From contig OX337238.1 of assembly GCA_946965045.2 (NCBI GenBank), positions 3,286,001 to 3,350,000 on the forward strand: a stretch of DNA of 64,000 nt. Direction: 5' to 3'. This document shows, one piece after another, positions 1-10,347 of the stretch. Within the stretch, counting starts at the first letter, position 1. Each line of letters opens with the position of its first letter. Both the position numbers and the translations under genes were made by a program. The stretch is from Epithemia pelagica. Taxonomy: Eukaryota > Protista > Bacillariophyta. The notes below the pieces were generated by a model. The model saw only the letters and a list, made by a program, of their open reading frames with translations. It had not been told where the DNA came from and searched no databases.

Positions 1-81
1 AGTATCCAAGCTGTACGTAGGCGCGTGAATGAGACCATTCGAGTTGTGTCAAACGGGCACAAAGAAAGGAAATTGTTTCCG

Positions 82-1254
82 ATGAACGACAACACGGATT
101 GGCAGGAGAACGCACGATTGTCAGGACTCGTCTTTTTAACCAACGACGAGGGCAACCATGACGATCCGCCGGAATGGCATGAATTCAGAACTGTGCTGAA
201 TGAAAGAAGATCTAGACATTCGTGTCTGGTTGTTCGTCATGCGGACAATTCTCTTCGAAAAACCATTGTCGTATTGGGTGGCATGACAGGTCCGCAAAAC
301 GAAACTGTCAATTCCGTTCTTCTTTGGAATCCGGAAAACGGAAACTGGTGCCAGGGACCATCCATGATCGAAGCACGAGGAGAGTTGACAGCGGTGGTTT
401 GTGGTGACAATATATATGCCATGGGTGGTCGCAACTCCAGCGGCGAGGTCTTAAACTCTATTGAAAGAATCTCAATCCAGGAATTATTGCACTCGTGGAC
501 ATTGATGGACAGCAGCGCAAGCAACACCACGGCAACATCCGCATGGCAAACTTTTCATTGTTGTTTGAGTAAGCCACGAGCGGGAGGTAAGGCTGTCGCA
601 GTACAAGACCAATACATTGTTTTGGCCGGTGGGACAAGTATTGTTTATGAGGATCCAATGGATTCTGTCGATATCTTCGATACACACCTTCCGTATTTGC
701 GCTTCCCATTTGCTGGACCATGTCTCAATTTTCCTCGTGATGATTGTCACATGGACATTGTACAGAACCGCATTTTTGTTATTAATCCGTCATGGATTCG
801 TGACAATGACCCTTCAGTGGAATATCTGGATTTTGATCCATCTTGCTTGGATACAACAAGTCGTGGTGTGAGATCCGTGGAATTGCCATCGACTTCCATG
901 TCGTGGAAGGTACACGAAGATCGGACGATTTCGCGTCTCATGGCTAAGGCGGTGGTACGAGTAGGATCCTGTTTGGTGCTGCTCTGGCCGGGGTCTGTTC
1001 ACGATCAAACTGTTTTTGACACAAAACGAAACATTTCATGGCAACTTCCTGTAGCTGACTCCTTGGATCTTCTTGATTGGCCATGCATCGCGGTCTCCCT
1101 TGCAAGTGGAATTCTTTGTTTCGACATGAGCAAAAGTGGACCAAGGGGATTTCGACTTGGACTGGTCGACAAACAGTCTCTCTTGTTCCATCGCCTGTTG
1201 AATCTTTCGAATGGGCAAATTCAGTCACTGATTCCTCGCCGCCAGACTGGATAA
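82..1254 (+). CDS. Kelch-repeat (beta-propeller) protein, lineage-expanded family
   Basis: The ORF is open from 25; the ATG at 82 (MNDNTDWQENARLSGLVFL) is preferred by alignment with paralogues. Kelch repeats with GG and W motifs (IVVLGG...W..GPSM, IYAMGG, IVLAGG). C-terminal DKQSLLFHRLL..S..QIQSL motif shared with the other copies. Confidence 0.85.
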   Translation: MNDNTDWQENARLSGLVFLTNDEGNHDDPPEWHEFRTVLNERRSRHSCLVVRHADNSLRKTIVVLGGMTGPQNETVNSVLLWNPENGNWCQGPSMIEARGELTAVVCGDNIYAMGGRNSSGEVLNSIERISIQELLHSWTLMDSSASNTTATSAWQTFHCCLSKPRAGGKAVAVQDQYIVLAGGTSIVYEDPMDSVDIFDTHLPYLRFPFAGPCLNFPRDDCHMDIVQNRIFVINPSWIRDNDPSVEYLDFDPSCLDTTSRGVRSVELPSTSMSWKVHEDRTISRLMAKAVVRVGSCLVLLWPGSVHDQTVFDTKRNISWQLPVADSLDLLDWPCIAVSLASGILCFDMSKSGPRGFRLGLVDKQSLLFHRLLNLSNGQIQSLIPRRQTG

Positions 1255-1465
1255 TCCTTTACGCACGCACGCGCAAGAACCAAAAGGAGCAATTGCAGTC
1301 CCAGTGCCCGTTGAATCAGGGCACAGTTGGTGCCAAAGCATCCTTTGAGGCTTTACCTCTTGTAGTTTTCTTGGAGTATAAAGAACATATGTCTATAGTA
1401 TGGCTCGTTTCGGCTTTTCAACCGTGTGCAATATGTATTGGTGTTTTCTCATTCGCTGCTACGAG

Positions 1466-1608
1466 CCATCATTGAAATTGTCCGGAGGATTGTTGGTGAC
1501 GGGAAGGTCATTGACCCCATTTCCCATGAAGAATCGGCCAACCGTTCCGTGGCTTTGACACCCTTCCACAACAAGAGTTCGTCGGAAATGCCCGATTTCG
1601 CAATGTGT
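1466..1608 (-). pseudogene. Degenerate duplicate of the 3' end of the adjacent SPFH gene
   Basis: Aligns with 1716-1887 with two internal deletions, e.g. gacgggaaggtcattg..ccatttcccatga and cgttccgtggc.t.gacacccttccac..caagagttc.tcggaaatgcccga. Confidence 0.75.
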
Positions 1609-1708
1609 CACAACCCTATTCACAAAAGAGATAATTACGTAGCGAGAAAGAACATTTCTATACGGCTTTTTTCAGCAGATTATCAATGTTTCCACCTTCA
1701 CTATACAA

Positions 1709-2671
1709 TTAGACACCATCATTGACATGGTCCGGATCATTGTTGGTGGCACTCAAAATGACGGGAAGGTCATTGGCGCCATTTCCCATGACAATCACCT
1801 TGGTATTGCAAGAATCGGCCAAGCGTTCCGTGGCTTCGACACCCTTCCACCGCAAGAGTTCATCGGAAATGCCCGAACTCACAATGCGTTGAAAATCGGC
1901 AATGCCCTGCGCCTCAATCGCCTTGCGTTCCGATTCTTGTCGTTCCTTGGCCAAGACAAATTGCATTCGTTGCGCTTCTTGTTCGGCCTTGACCTTGGCT
2001 TCAATGGCTTGGGCCAATTCGGTAGGTAAGGTGATATCTTTCAACAAGACATCTTCAATAATGATTCCACGAGGTCCCAGAGTTTCCGTCAGTTCTTTTT
2101 TCAAGGCTTCTTGAATGACACTTCGACCACTGGTATACAAATCCTTGGCCGCACTTTCCGATGTCAACCCCCGTGTAGCCGACGCCGCTTCGGGTTCCAC
2201 CACGACCGAGACATAATCCTCTCCCACTTGCGTCAACAATTCTCCCGCCTTGGTCGGATCCAAGCGAAACAAGACGGCCGTATCGAGTTGCACCGAAAGG
2301 CCTTCCTTAGTCGGACACGTGTTTTGTTCATCCAGTTTTTGCGTCTTGGACGACAACTTGGTGACACGAGTCACGGGAGAGGTCAAATACAAACCAGGTT
2401 CATAGCTTTGGTAGTCACCCAAGGTGATGGCCACGCCAATTTCGCCCGGTTGGACCACGGTCAAGGAACACAGCATGAGAAACATTGTTAGGAGCATCAC
2501 CATGGCCATGACAAAGCGGAAGCAGGACTCGGCTTCGCTTGCTGTACTGGTGGTGGTTGATTTGGTTCGTGCCGTTCGTGCCGTTCGTTCCAGGGGCTGT
2601 CCCACCACCAAGGGTGCCGTTTCGTCCACAGCATGTGGTGAAGATGATGATGATGATACGTCCATGGTCAT
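1709..2671 (-). CDS. SPFH/band-7 (prohibitin-like) membrane protein
   Basis: N-terminal TM segment (FVMAMVMLLTMFLMLCSL), VVQPGEIGV, CPTKEGLSVQLDTAVLFRL, GIIIEDVLLKDITLP, and coiled coil AIEAKVKAEQEAQRMQFVLAKERQESERKAIEAQG. Likely ATG at 2671 or 2665; the ORF-track extension to 2917 runs into the LTR. Confidence 0.85.
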   Translation of the reverse strand: MTMDVSSSSSSPHAVDETAPLVVGQPLERTARTARTKSTTTSTASEAESCFRFVMAMVMLLTMFLMLCSLTVVQPGEIGVAITLGDYQSYEPGLYLTSPVTRVTKLSSKTQKLDEQNTCPTKEGLSVQLDTAVLFRLDPTKAGELLTQVGEDYVSVVVEPEAASATRGLTSESAAKDLYTSGRSVIQEALKKELTETLGPRGIIIEDVLLKDITLPTELAQAIEAKVKAEQEAQRMQFVLAKERQESERKAIEAQGIADFQRIVSSGISDELLRWKGVEATERLADSCNTKVIVMGNGANDLPVILSATNNDPDHVNDGV

Positions 2672-2865
2672 GTTTGTCGTTGCCGTTCGTGTCCGTGCTG
2701 TGATCAACGCTGCCTCTTTCGTTGTTCCTTTGTGAGGTCTCCACCCAACACTACGAACGAGATGTTGTTGTTGTATGTGGTTGTTGGAATCTTCCACGCT
2801 GTGTTTGGTTTGGAATGTTTTGTGACCCAATACATGTGAGACTTCTGTCACGGTCACTTGGCACG

Positions 2866-3131
2866 TGTCACGGTACGACAAAGAACCGCCTCCTTTCATT
2901 CCAATCCAACTCACCAAAATTTATCGCACCAAGAAATCGACCTCACCAAATCACCTTAGTTTAGCAAACATAACTTTCAGAACAACAAAATTTACATACA
3001 ACACAATGATTCACCTTTACACGCACCTCGACAATGGCGTACGGAACATTCGGAAATTTGGAATGCCACAGCGCCAAATTGCCAAAATTCACTCCCCATC
3101 GGAACGTTCCAAAAACTCTCTAACAACGACA
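2866..3131 (+). repeat. 5' LTR of Copia element 1
   Basis: Direct repeat of 9952-10217 with no mismatch found by eye; TG...CA ends. Confidence 0.97.
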
Positions 3132-3144
3132 GGTTATAAGCCCA
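3132..3144 (+). promoter_or_regulatory. Primer-binding site of Copia element 1
   Basis: GGTTATAAGCCCA immediately after the 5' LTR; resembles the GGTTATGGGCCCA PBS of Drosophila copia (tRNA-iMet fragment primer). Confidence 0.7.
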
Positions 3145-3440
3145 AGCGTTATCACTGGAGTTTGGTACTAATACTTTCATACTGTCTCATGTCACAGTTG
3201 CTGAGAAACAGTTTACTTAAGCCTCTAATCGTGTTGCGACAGAATGCTATTATGCCTTCCGCATCAACCCGAACTCTTACCGCCTCCTTCAAAGGCAAGT
3301 GGGAGTCAACTTCTTCGGTCTCCCAAAAGACGAGAGGACATCTTTCGAGGTTCTCACAGTTTCGTTGCACGAATCCTGTTGAACGAGTTCCCATCCCCTC
3401 GAAGCCTTTGACTTACCTTTTCCCTTTTCGACCTTTGACA

Positions 3441-4925
3441 ATGACTGAAGCCGAAAGCACGGAGACTGGCATTCCTGCCACCCCTGACTCGAAGAGCTCT
3501 TCCGGCGGGACGACCCCTCTCTCCACGGGTCCGTCGCCTGGCGATTCTGGATTCCTTAAGACCCCGATTCAAACTCCGACCCTCAAAGATGTGACTATGA
3601 ATGGGATCACCTTTACCAAGAAGAAGACGCGTACTTTCGAGTTGGGCGCATTTGCTGAAACTGTTACTCCCAAGTACCGCGAGACCTTGTCTGGCAAGGC
3701 TCTCTTCGACTTTCGTAACGAGGCGGTTGCAGCTTTGGACGATCACTTTACCTTATCGACTGCTAGTATCCGTGTCACTGATGACAAGACATTCTTCGTG
3801 CATAACAACAAGGTCATGAAACAACTTTACAATTTGAAGACTCGTCTCACCAGCTATTGTATGCAATCCGTCTTCGCTATCCTCCCGATTGACCCATCTA
3901 CCGGGGATCTTGACGAAACGAAGCCTACTGTTAGTATTATTGACAAAGCGTGCATCCTTTCTGAAGCTCAGGTCCGGCTTAGCAATCAAGCCTATGCTGA
4001 GAACTCAGACTCACGTCTCCATCCCCAGAACCTATCGTGGAGTCAGGACCTTCTACTCTCTTCGTGCGACGCTAGCCTACGTGCGGATTTGGAACACCGC
4101 CTCATTAGCATTCCCGAAAATGAACAAGGCGGGCCCCTTATCCTACACATGGTTCTCAACCAACTCATGTCAACCACGCATGAAGCTGCTCGAAACATCA
4201 TTCGTCGCCTTGAAACTCATTCCGTGACTGACTACCCTGGGGAGAATATTGCTAACTTTTGTGCTACGTTCAATAATGCTGTGATGCGTTTAAGCGTGAG
4301 TGGGCATGTACCTACGGACATTGCAAATATCTTCTTTATTCAGTTACAGACATGCACTGTGCCCAAATTTCTCAGTCTCTTGGAGGCTTTCGAGAACACC
4401 GATGCACCCATTTTGTCCGACTTCATGCTCCTTCGTGAACGCGTCATCAAGAAATATAACGATCTTCTTCTTGCGAACAAGTGGCTTCCTACTACGATTG
4501 ACCACGCCAGTTCGTCCTTCCAGAGCAAGAGTTCTTCTCCACAAGGCAAGTCTGGTGATTCTGGTTCTGGCGGTCGTCGCTCCTTTCCGATTGACACCAC
4601 ACCACCGGCTGATGGTGCAGCGAATTGGCGTCCTCACCCCGGCAACCCATCCAAGAAGCAATACTGGTGTGGTTTGTGCCCTAATGGTCTTCCCAACGGG
4701 CTTGGTCGTTGGGGTAACCATAGCACGGACCGCCATGATCCAAACAAGGTCAAACAGCGTACTCGCACCACCGCCAACCGTACTTCTACTACACCCACTC
4801 CGACAACAACGGCTGCACCCAACACTTCGACTTCATCTGTGTCCGACGACACTGCCGCCGATGATTCGAACACCGGTACTACTGCTTCCGTTGCGTTGCT
4901 CTCCTCTTTGCGGGATTTTTCTTAG
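3441..4925 (+). CDS. gag: Gag of Copia element 1
   Basis: Long ORF after the PBS. The ORF-track start at 2865 lies in the LTR and is not credible; ATG 3441 is a guess. Contains HSVTDYPGENI and the Cys/His motif YWCGLC...RWGNHSTDRH. Confidence 0.8.
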   Translation: MTEAESTETGIPATPDSKSSSGGTTPLSTGPSPGDSGFLKTPIQTPTLKDVTMNGITFTKKKTRTFELGAFAETVTPKYRETLSGKALFDFRNEAVAALDDHFTLSTASIRVTDDKTFFVHNNKVMKQLYNLKTRLTSYCMQSVFAILPIDPSTGDLDETKPTVSIIDKACILSEAQVRLSNQAYAENSDSRLHPQNLSWSQDLLLSSCDASLRADLEHRLISIPENEQGGPLILHMVLNQLMSTTHEAARNIIRRLETHSVTDYPGENIANFCATFNNAVMRLSVSGHVPTDIANIFFIQLQTCTVPKFLSLLEAFENTDAPILSDFMLLRERVIKKYNDLLLANKWLPTTIDHASSSFQSKSSSPQGKSGDSGSGGRRSFPIDTTPPADGAANWRPHPGNPSKKQYWCGLCPNGLPNGLGRWGNHSTDRHDPNKVKQRTRTTANRTSTTPTPTTTAAPNTSTSSVSDDTAADDSNTGTTASVALLSSLRDFS

Positions 4926-4969
4926 GGCGGACATCCCTCCAATGTTCCATTGCCCTTTTACCGCTCAGA

Positions 4970-7900
4970 TTGGAGATCTCTTTTTCTTTACATATTTGTT
5001 GGATGGTTACTTGGATGATGTCCCTTTGGTTGTCGATGTCGGCTGCTTCGTGTTTTGGTTTTGACTCTTTACCGGTTTACTGTTTCCCTTTTACTTGGCC
5101 GTGTGTATACTCTTTCTGCTCGCGCTTTTACGTTTTCTTCAAGATTCCATGGTGGCAATTTCAATGGTCCTTCGGTCGTCTCAGTTGTCGGTTATCGCGC
5201 TCTCACGTATTCGGTTCCTTCTTCTGGCTCTGGTATCTCTTCTGTGGCGTCTTCGATTCTACGTTGATTGTTGGTTGTCACGCTTTGCGACTTGGTCGGC
5301 ACTCCTCTCCCTTACTGGTTCATTTGGATAAACTTGACTCGGACTCGCTTTTACCCACTCGCTTCCCTCCCAGTGGTTTTGATTCGCGTCTTGGTTTGGG
5401 TGCTCATGTTGTCAACTTGACCTCTTTGTCTCGGCTGATTCTCCACCACCGACTGACTGTGTTTGGAGCTGCTGCAGATCCGCTCCGTACTCCGTTTCTA
5501 CCTACACGGCTCTGGGGCGAGAATTTTGGTCGACGACGACGCAGACGATTCCAGCCATCGACTGCCCTCTACCTTAGCTACCTCAAGGGACTCGATGATG
5601 ACAGTATTTCCAACCTAGTCTTGATGGCGTTCCTAACACCTGTTGACGATTGTTGCTTTTGGGATCCTGTGTTATGGGACAAGTTTTCGGACGGACTGGG
5701 ATTCGAGCTCGAACCACCTTTGCACACGTTGTCACCTCTTTGGACACCAACTTACGATATCTCACCCATCTTAGACTACTGGTACGACTCTACCTTCGTA
5801 CGACACCAAGCTGCACACGACCGTCACGCTAACGATCTTCGACTCGGAGAACTGGGACACGACTTTAGTAACTTGCTGCGTTGCTCGAGCGAGACTGTGC
5901 GACAAACTTGTCATCATGCTGCCTTCCGATTCGATCCTACCGTCTTTGTCAACACGAACAAAGACCAGACACGTAAAGAAGACCCTTTACTTTCAGTGAT
6001 CTTGGACACAGGAGCTTCACACGGGCTGACCATGAGTGCCGAAGACTTTATTGAACTTACATATGGTAACTTCGGGTCAATGTCAACTGCAGCGTCAAAC
6101 AACCAGTTTCCTATCATTGGATCTGGTATCGTCGCATACGACGCAATAAGCGAAAACGGAGAAATTCAACGATGGACTTACCCGGCCAATCTCTGTCAAG
6201 CGGCCGGAACTCGACTCTGCTCTCCTCAAGTCTGCGCTGACTACCTGAATCTAGATCGACGATATCCCAGTTTTGAAAGCAACCATGTTTTTGCCAGTCT
6301 CCAAACAAGTTCCAAAACTGATCGCCTTACCGTACCAATCGATCATGAAACAAATCTCCCGATCGTGAAGGTCAAGCATCACCGTCCTGAAAAACACACG
6401 AGGAAACGGCCTTCGCACTGTCGATGTGGTTCGACTCGATGGTGTCGATGCGTCTCAGCTGAGTCCATGAGTGTACCATCTCAAACAATTAGTCAGATGC
6501 TGAACGCACACCCAATTCCAGACTTGATGACTGACGAAAATCGAAATTTATCCAAGGCACAATGGCAATTGCTTCTGGATCATCAACGACTGGGTCACAT
6601 CGGAATGCGACATGTACAACGACTTTATTCTCCTCTCGGGTCCGGTGCACCGACTACACACAACGAAAATGGTGACTCATGTCTGTTACCACGTTTCCAA
6701 TCGTCCACCAGCTGCGAGATTCCCAAATGTGAAGCATGTCTTTTAGCTAAGGCTCGACGTCGTCCCACACGCGCAACAACAAAAGTTCCAAACAAGCAGT
6801 GTCGACCGATACCTCCCACAACGGACTTGAAACCAGGGGATCTCGTCTCCATCGATCATTTCGAATCCTCGGTACGCGGTAGATTGTTGCATACACGCGG
6901 GCGAGAATTGCCACAACATCGATATTGCGGTGGAAGTCTGTTCTATGACCACGCATCTCAGGCCATCTTCACATACCCCCAGGTCTCATTAGCCAGTAGC
7001 GATACCATTCACTCGAAAGAGTCCTTTGAAGATCTCGTCCGGCAGTTGGGCCACTCAGTTCGTCACTACCACACTGACAATGGTGTCTTTACGTCGGACG
7101 CTTTCCGTCAGTCACTCAGTCAAGATCGCAACCAGCACCGCCCTTTGCACACTCGATCCGGTACAGGCGCCCACCATCAAAATGGGAATGCCGAGCGAGG
7201 CATTCAAACCGTCACCCACATGGCCCGAACGATGATGCTGCACTGTCATCTCCGTTGGCCTGAAGCCTTTTGTCCGACACTTTGGCCTATGGCTCTTTCC
7301 TACGCCACGTGGATCTACAATCATGTCCCTTCCGACGCAACGACCTTATCACCGATGGAACGCTTCACCGGAAGCAAGATGAACTGTGAGTATCTCCGAC
7401 GACTGCGAGTGTGGGGTTGTCCGGCGTATGTGCTTCACGCTCGTCTCCAAGATGGGAAGAAGCTGCCCAAATGGAATTCCCGAGCTAAACGCGGACAGTT
7501 TCTTGGTTTTTCGCCGTCTCATTCGACCACGATCGGACTCATCCGCAACTTGGAAACGAACAACATCACTCCACAATTTCATGTGGCATACGACGAACAG
7601 TTCCACACTGTGGCTAGCTCGTGGACACCGCCGCCGACCGACTCTCCGTTGCCCGACCTTTTCACTCGTGATTTCTACTTGGACGGCTATGACGAAACGC
7701 TCGACGGCCCTTTGCCCGAGCTTGACTCGGAATGGTCTCTCGACGACGAACCATCTGCTCCTGCTTCGAGGCCACCTCCGATCCGTCCTGATGTTCCTTC
7801 GATTCCCACCATGCCGGAGGGCGAGAACGCACCACCCGCTTCTCCGTCCAGTCCACACTTACCGCACTTCCCACCTGTGAGCACTCCTGCCCGCGAACTT

Positions 7901-9930
7901 TCCCAAGAACCGGGCGAGCCACCGTTGGACGTCCCTCTTGCACCAGACTTCGAAGAACCGGGCGAGCCACCTTTGGAGCCATCTGTCGACCAACCGGGCG
8001 AGCCACCGTTGCATCCACCCGCTGACGAACCGGGCGAGCCACTGTTGGACCAATCTCCCGTTCGTCCACGTCGTCAACGCCATGCTCCACGCCGTTTCCC
8101 CGACCCTGATCGACACGTACGTTTCCAACTGCCACCAACTGAAAGCCAATGGGCCAACACAACGCGAAGCTTGAACCACTCTCCGCACTGTCTTGGATTC
8201 CACATGAACCAACTCGACTGGACAGTGCCTCCAGATCCTACCTCTGACACTGTGGCAGCTCATTTCGAACAGGTGTATCACCGACAAGCAACAAGTACTC
8301 TCGGGTTGATTGATGAGTGGGACCCCCGTTTTCTCGCGGCCAAAGCCTTCGACGCCGACACACCCTCAGTCTTTGAAGTCCGTCACATGTGCGAAGAGGA
8401 ACGAACCAAGTGGTACATCGCTATGGACAAAGAACTCAACGAACTCGAAGCGAAAGGAACCTTCCGTCTGGTCCCACGTTCCAAGGCAGCCGGCAAAGAA
8501 ATCGTCGATACCATGTGGACGCTTAAACGCAAACGTCTTCCTGACGGCACCATCTCACGTTACAAAGCGAGACTTGTCGTCCGCGGTGACCAACAAAAGG
8601 CAACATTCGACAAGGAGGACACTTTCGCACCAGTCATCGACTGGCCAGCCGTCAGACTCATGCTCATCCTCTCACTCCAACATAACCTTACCACAGTCTC
8701 TATCGACTTCAAAAATGCCTTCGTTCAGTCCAGCTTGCCGGAACCCATCTTCGTGAACCTACCAAAAGGATACGGCGGAGGCCACACAGACCAAATCCTC
8801 GAAGTAACCAAGAGCCTATATGGCGACTGCAGAGCCCCACGGCTCTGGTATGACCATCTCAAGGCCCAACTATCGAAGCTCGGACTGAAACCCGACGGGT
8901 CCGACCCATGCCTGTTCTGTAAAGAAAACGTGGTGTTAGTCACGTATGTCGACGACGCCATCATCTGCGGCACGGACCAAGACGCTGTCAATGAGATTTT
9001 GAACGGACTTAAGAAGTTAGATATGGACTTCGATCATCTCGGCGACTTACCCACTTACCTGGGTGTGCAAATTACCCGCCATGAGGATGGCAGCATGGAG
9101 TTGAAACAACCTCACTTGACCGAAAGCATCATTGCAGCGCTGGGACTGACCGACAGTCGGGCAAAGGGAACACCAGCCTCTCGCACAATCGGTAAGGAGA
9201 CAGACAAGCCACCTCTTGACGAAGGGTTCAACTACCGCTCCGTGGTGGGCATGTTATTATACTTGGGCAATAACACACGCCCAGATTGCGCCTTCGCTAT
9301 ACACCAAGCGGCACGCTTCAGTAATAACCCTCGCCAACCCCACGGCGAAGCCCTGAAACGAATTGGCCGCTATCTACAAGGCACCCAAGACAAAGGCCTC
9401 ATCTTGCATCCATCAAAGGACATGACGTTGAATTGTTACGTGGATGCGGACTTCGCTGGAATCTGGGGCAACGAAGACCCTCATGACTCAACATCCGTGC
9501 GTTCACGCACCGGATTTATCATCACACTCGGAGACTCACCGGTGACATGGTCCAGCAAGCTTCAGACTGAAATAGCACTTTCAACGATGGAAGCGGAATA
9601 CATTGCCGCAAGCACAAGCATGAGAACCCTGTTACCATTGCGACGACAACTCTTAAAACTCACCTCTTTCCTTCAACTGCAATCGCCCGACACATCCATC
9701 GTAACAACCAAGCCGCCCTGAATCTCTCCACCAAAGATCCACCTCGCATGACACCGCGGTCCAAACATATCGCAATCAAATATCACTGGTTTAGAGAGAA
9801 ACTATCACCAGGCAAACATGGAATCAAGATGCGCCCAATCGCCACAGACGATCAACTTGGCGATTGTTTCACGAAACCCCTCGAACTCGGACCTTTCGAA
9901 ACCGCACGGAAGAAGATCCTCGGCTGGTAA
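4970..9930 (+). CDS. pol: Pol polyprotein of Copia element 1 (PR-IN-RT-RNase H), frameshifted in RNase H near 9704
   Basis: PR ILDTGAS; HQRLGH/CEAC zinc motif; IN SIDHF, YHTDNGVF, HQNGNAER; RT YKARLVVRGD, IDFKNAF, YVDD; RH YVDADFAG, EAEY. The frame stops at 9721 but RNase H continues in another frame (NQAALNL...RSKHIAIKYHWFRE...QLGDCFTKPL) to 9930. Confidence 0.92.
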
Positions 9931-9942
9931 CTTGGCTCCGTC

Positions 9943-9951
9943 GAGGGCGAG
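9943..9951 (+). promoter_or_regulatory. Polypurine tract of Copia element 1
   Basis: GAGGGCGAG directly upstream of the 3' LTR. Confidence 0.65.
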
Positions 9952-10217
9952 TGTCACGGTACGACAAAGAACCGCCTCCTTTCATTCCAATCCAACTCAC
10001 CAAAATTTATCGCACCAAGAAATCGACCTCACCAAATCACCTTAGTTTAGCAAACATAACTTTCAGAACAACAAAATTTACATACAACACAATGATTCAC
10101 CTTTACACGCACCTCGACAATGGCGTACGGAACATTCGGAAATTTGGAATGCCACAGCGCCAAATTGCCAAAATTCACTCCCCATCGGAACGTTCCAAAA
10201 ACTCTCTAACAACGACA
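9952..10217 (+). repeat. 3' LTR of Copia element 1
   Basis: Identical to 2866-3131 and followed by TSD GCACG. Confidence 0.97.
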
Positions 10218-10347
10218 GCACGACTGCAATCACGAATCGAAGGTTGCGAGCACGGCTGAACGATGGGCCGGCGCCCATGACAGAAACGCGACCACTCAAG
10301 GACAGACCGATTATCGATTATATTATAGACCCCTAATGCCCTTCATC

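Larger units (their letters stand above)
2866..10217 (+). mobile_element. Ty1/copia LTR retrotransposon 1 (full length)
   Basis: Two 266-bp LTRs (TGTC...GACA), 5-bp TSD GCACG at 2861-2865 and 10218-10222, PBS, PPT, gag, and pol in Copia order PR-IN-RT-RH. Confidence 0.97.

Noticed and set aside
2846-2854. TGTCACGGT 20 bp upstream of the insertion matches the first 9 nt of the Copia 1 LTR
   Set aside because: A 9-bp match is weak evidence. The clean 5-bp TSD indicates normal integrase-mediated insertion, not homology-directed insertion.
2865-3440. N-terminal extension of the 686-aa gag ORF, and the 131-aa ORF at 9864-10259
   Set aside because: These run through LTR and PBS sequence; the two ORFs share a peptide only because the LTRs are identical.
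4300-5064. 254-aa +1-frame ORF overlapping the gag end
   Set aside because: No recognisable motif, and it does not connect to the pol frame; treated as a shadow ORF.
7905-8050. Regularly spaced direct repeats as a possible CRISPR array
   Set aside because: They are in-frame coding repeats inside pol of a eukaryotic retrotransposon, with no cas genes.
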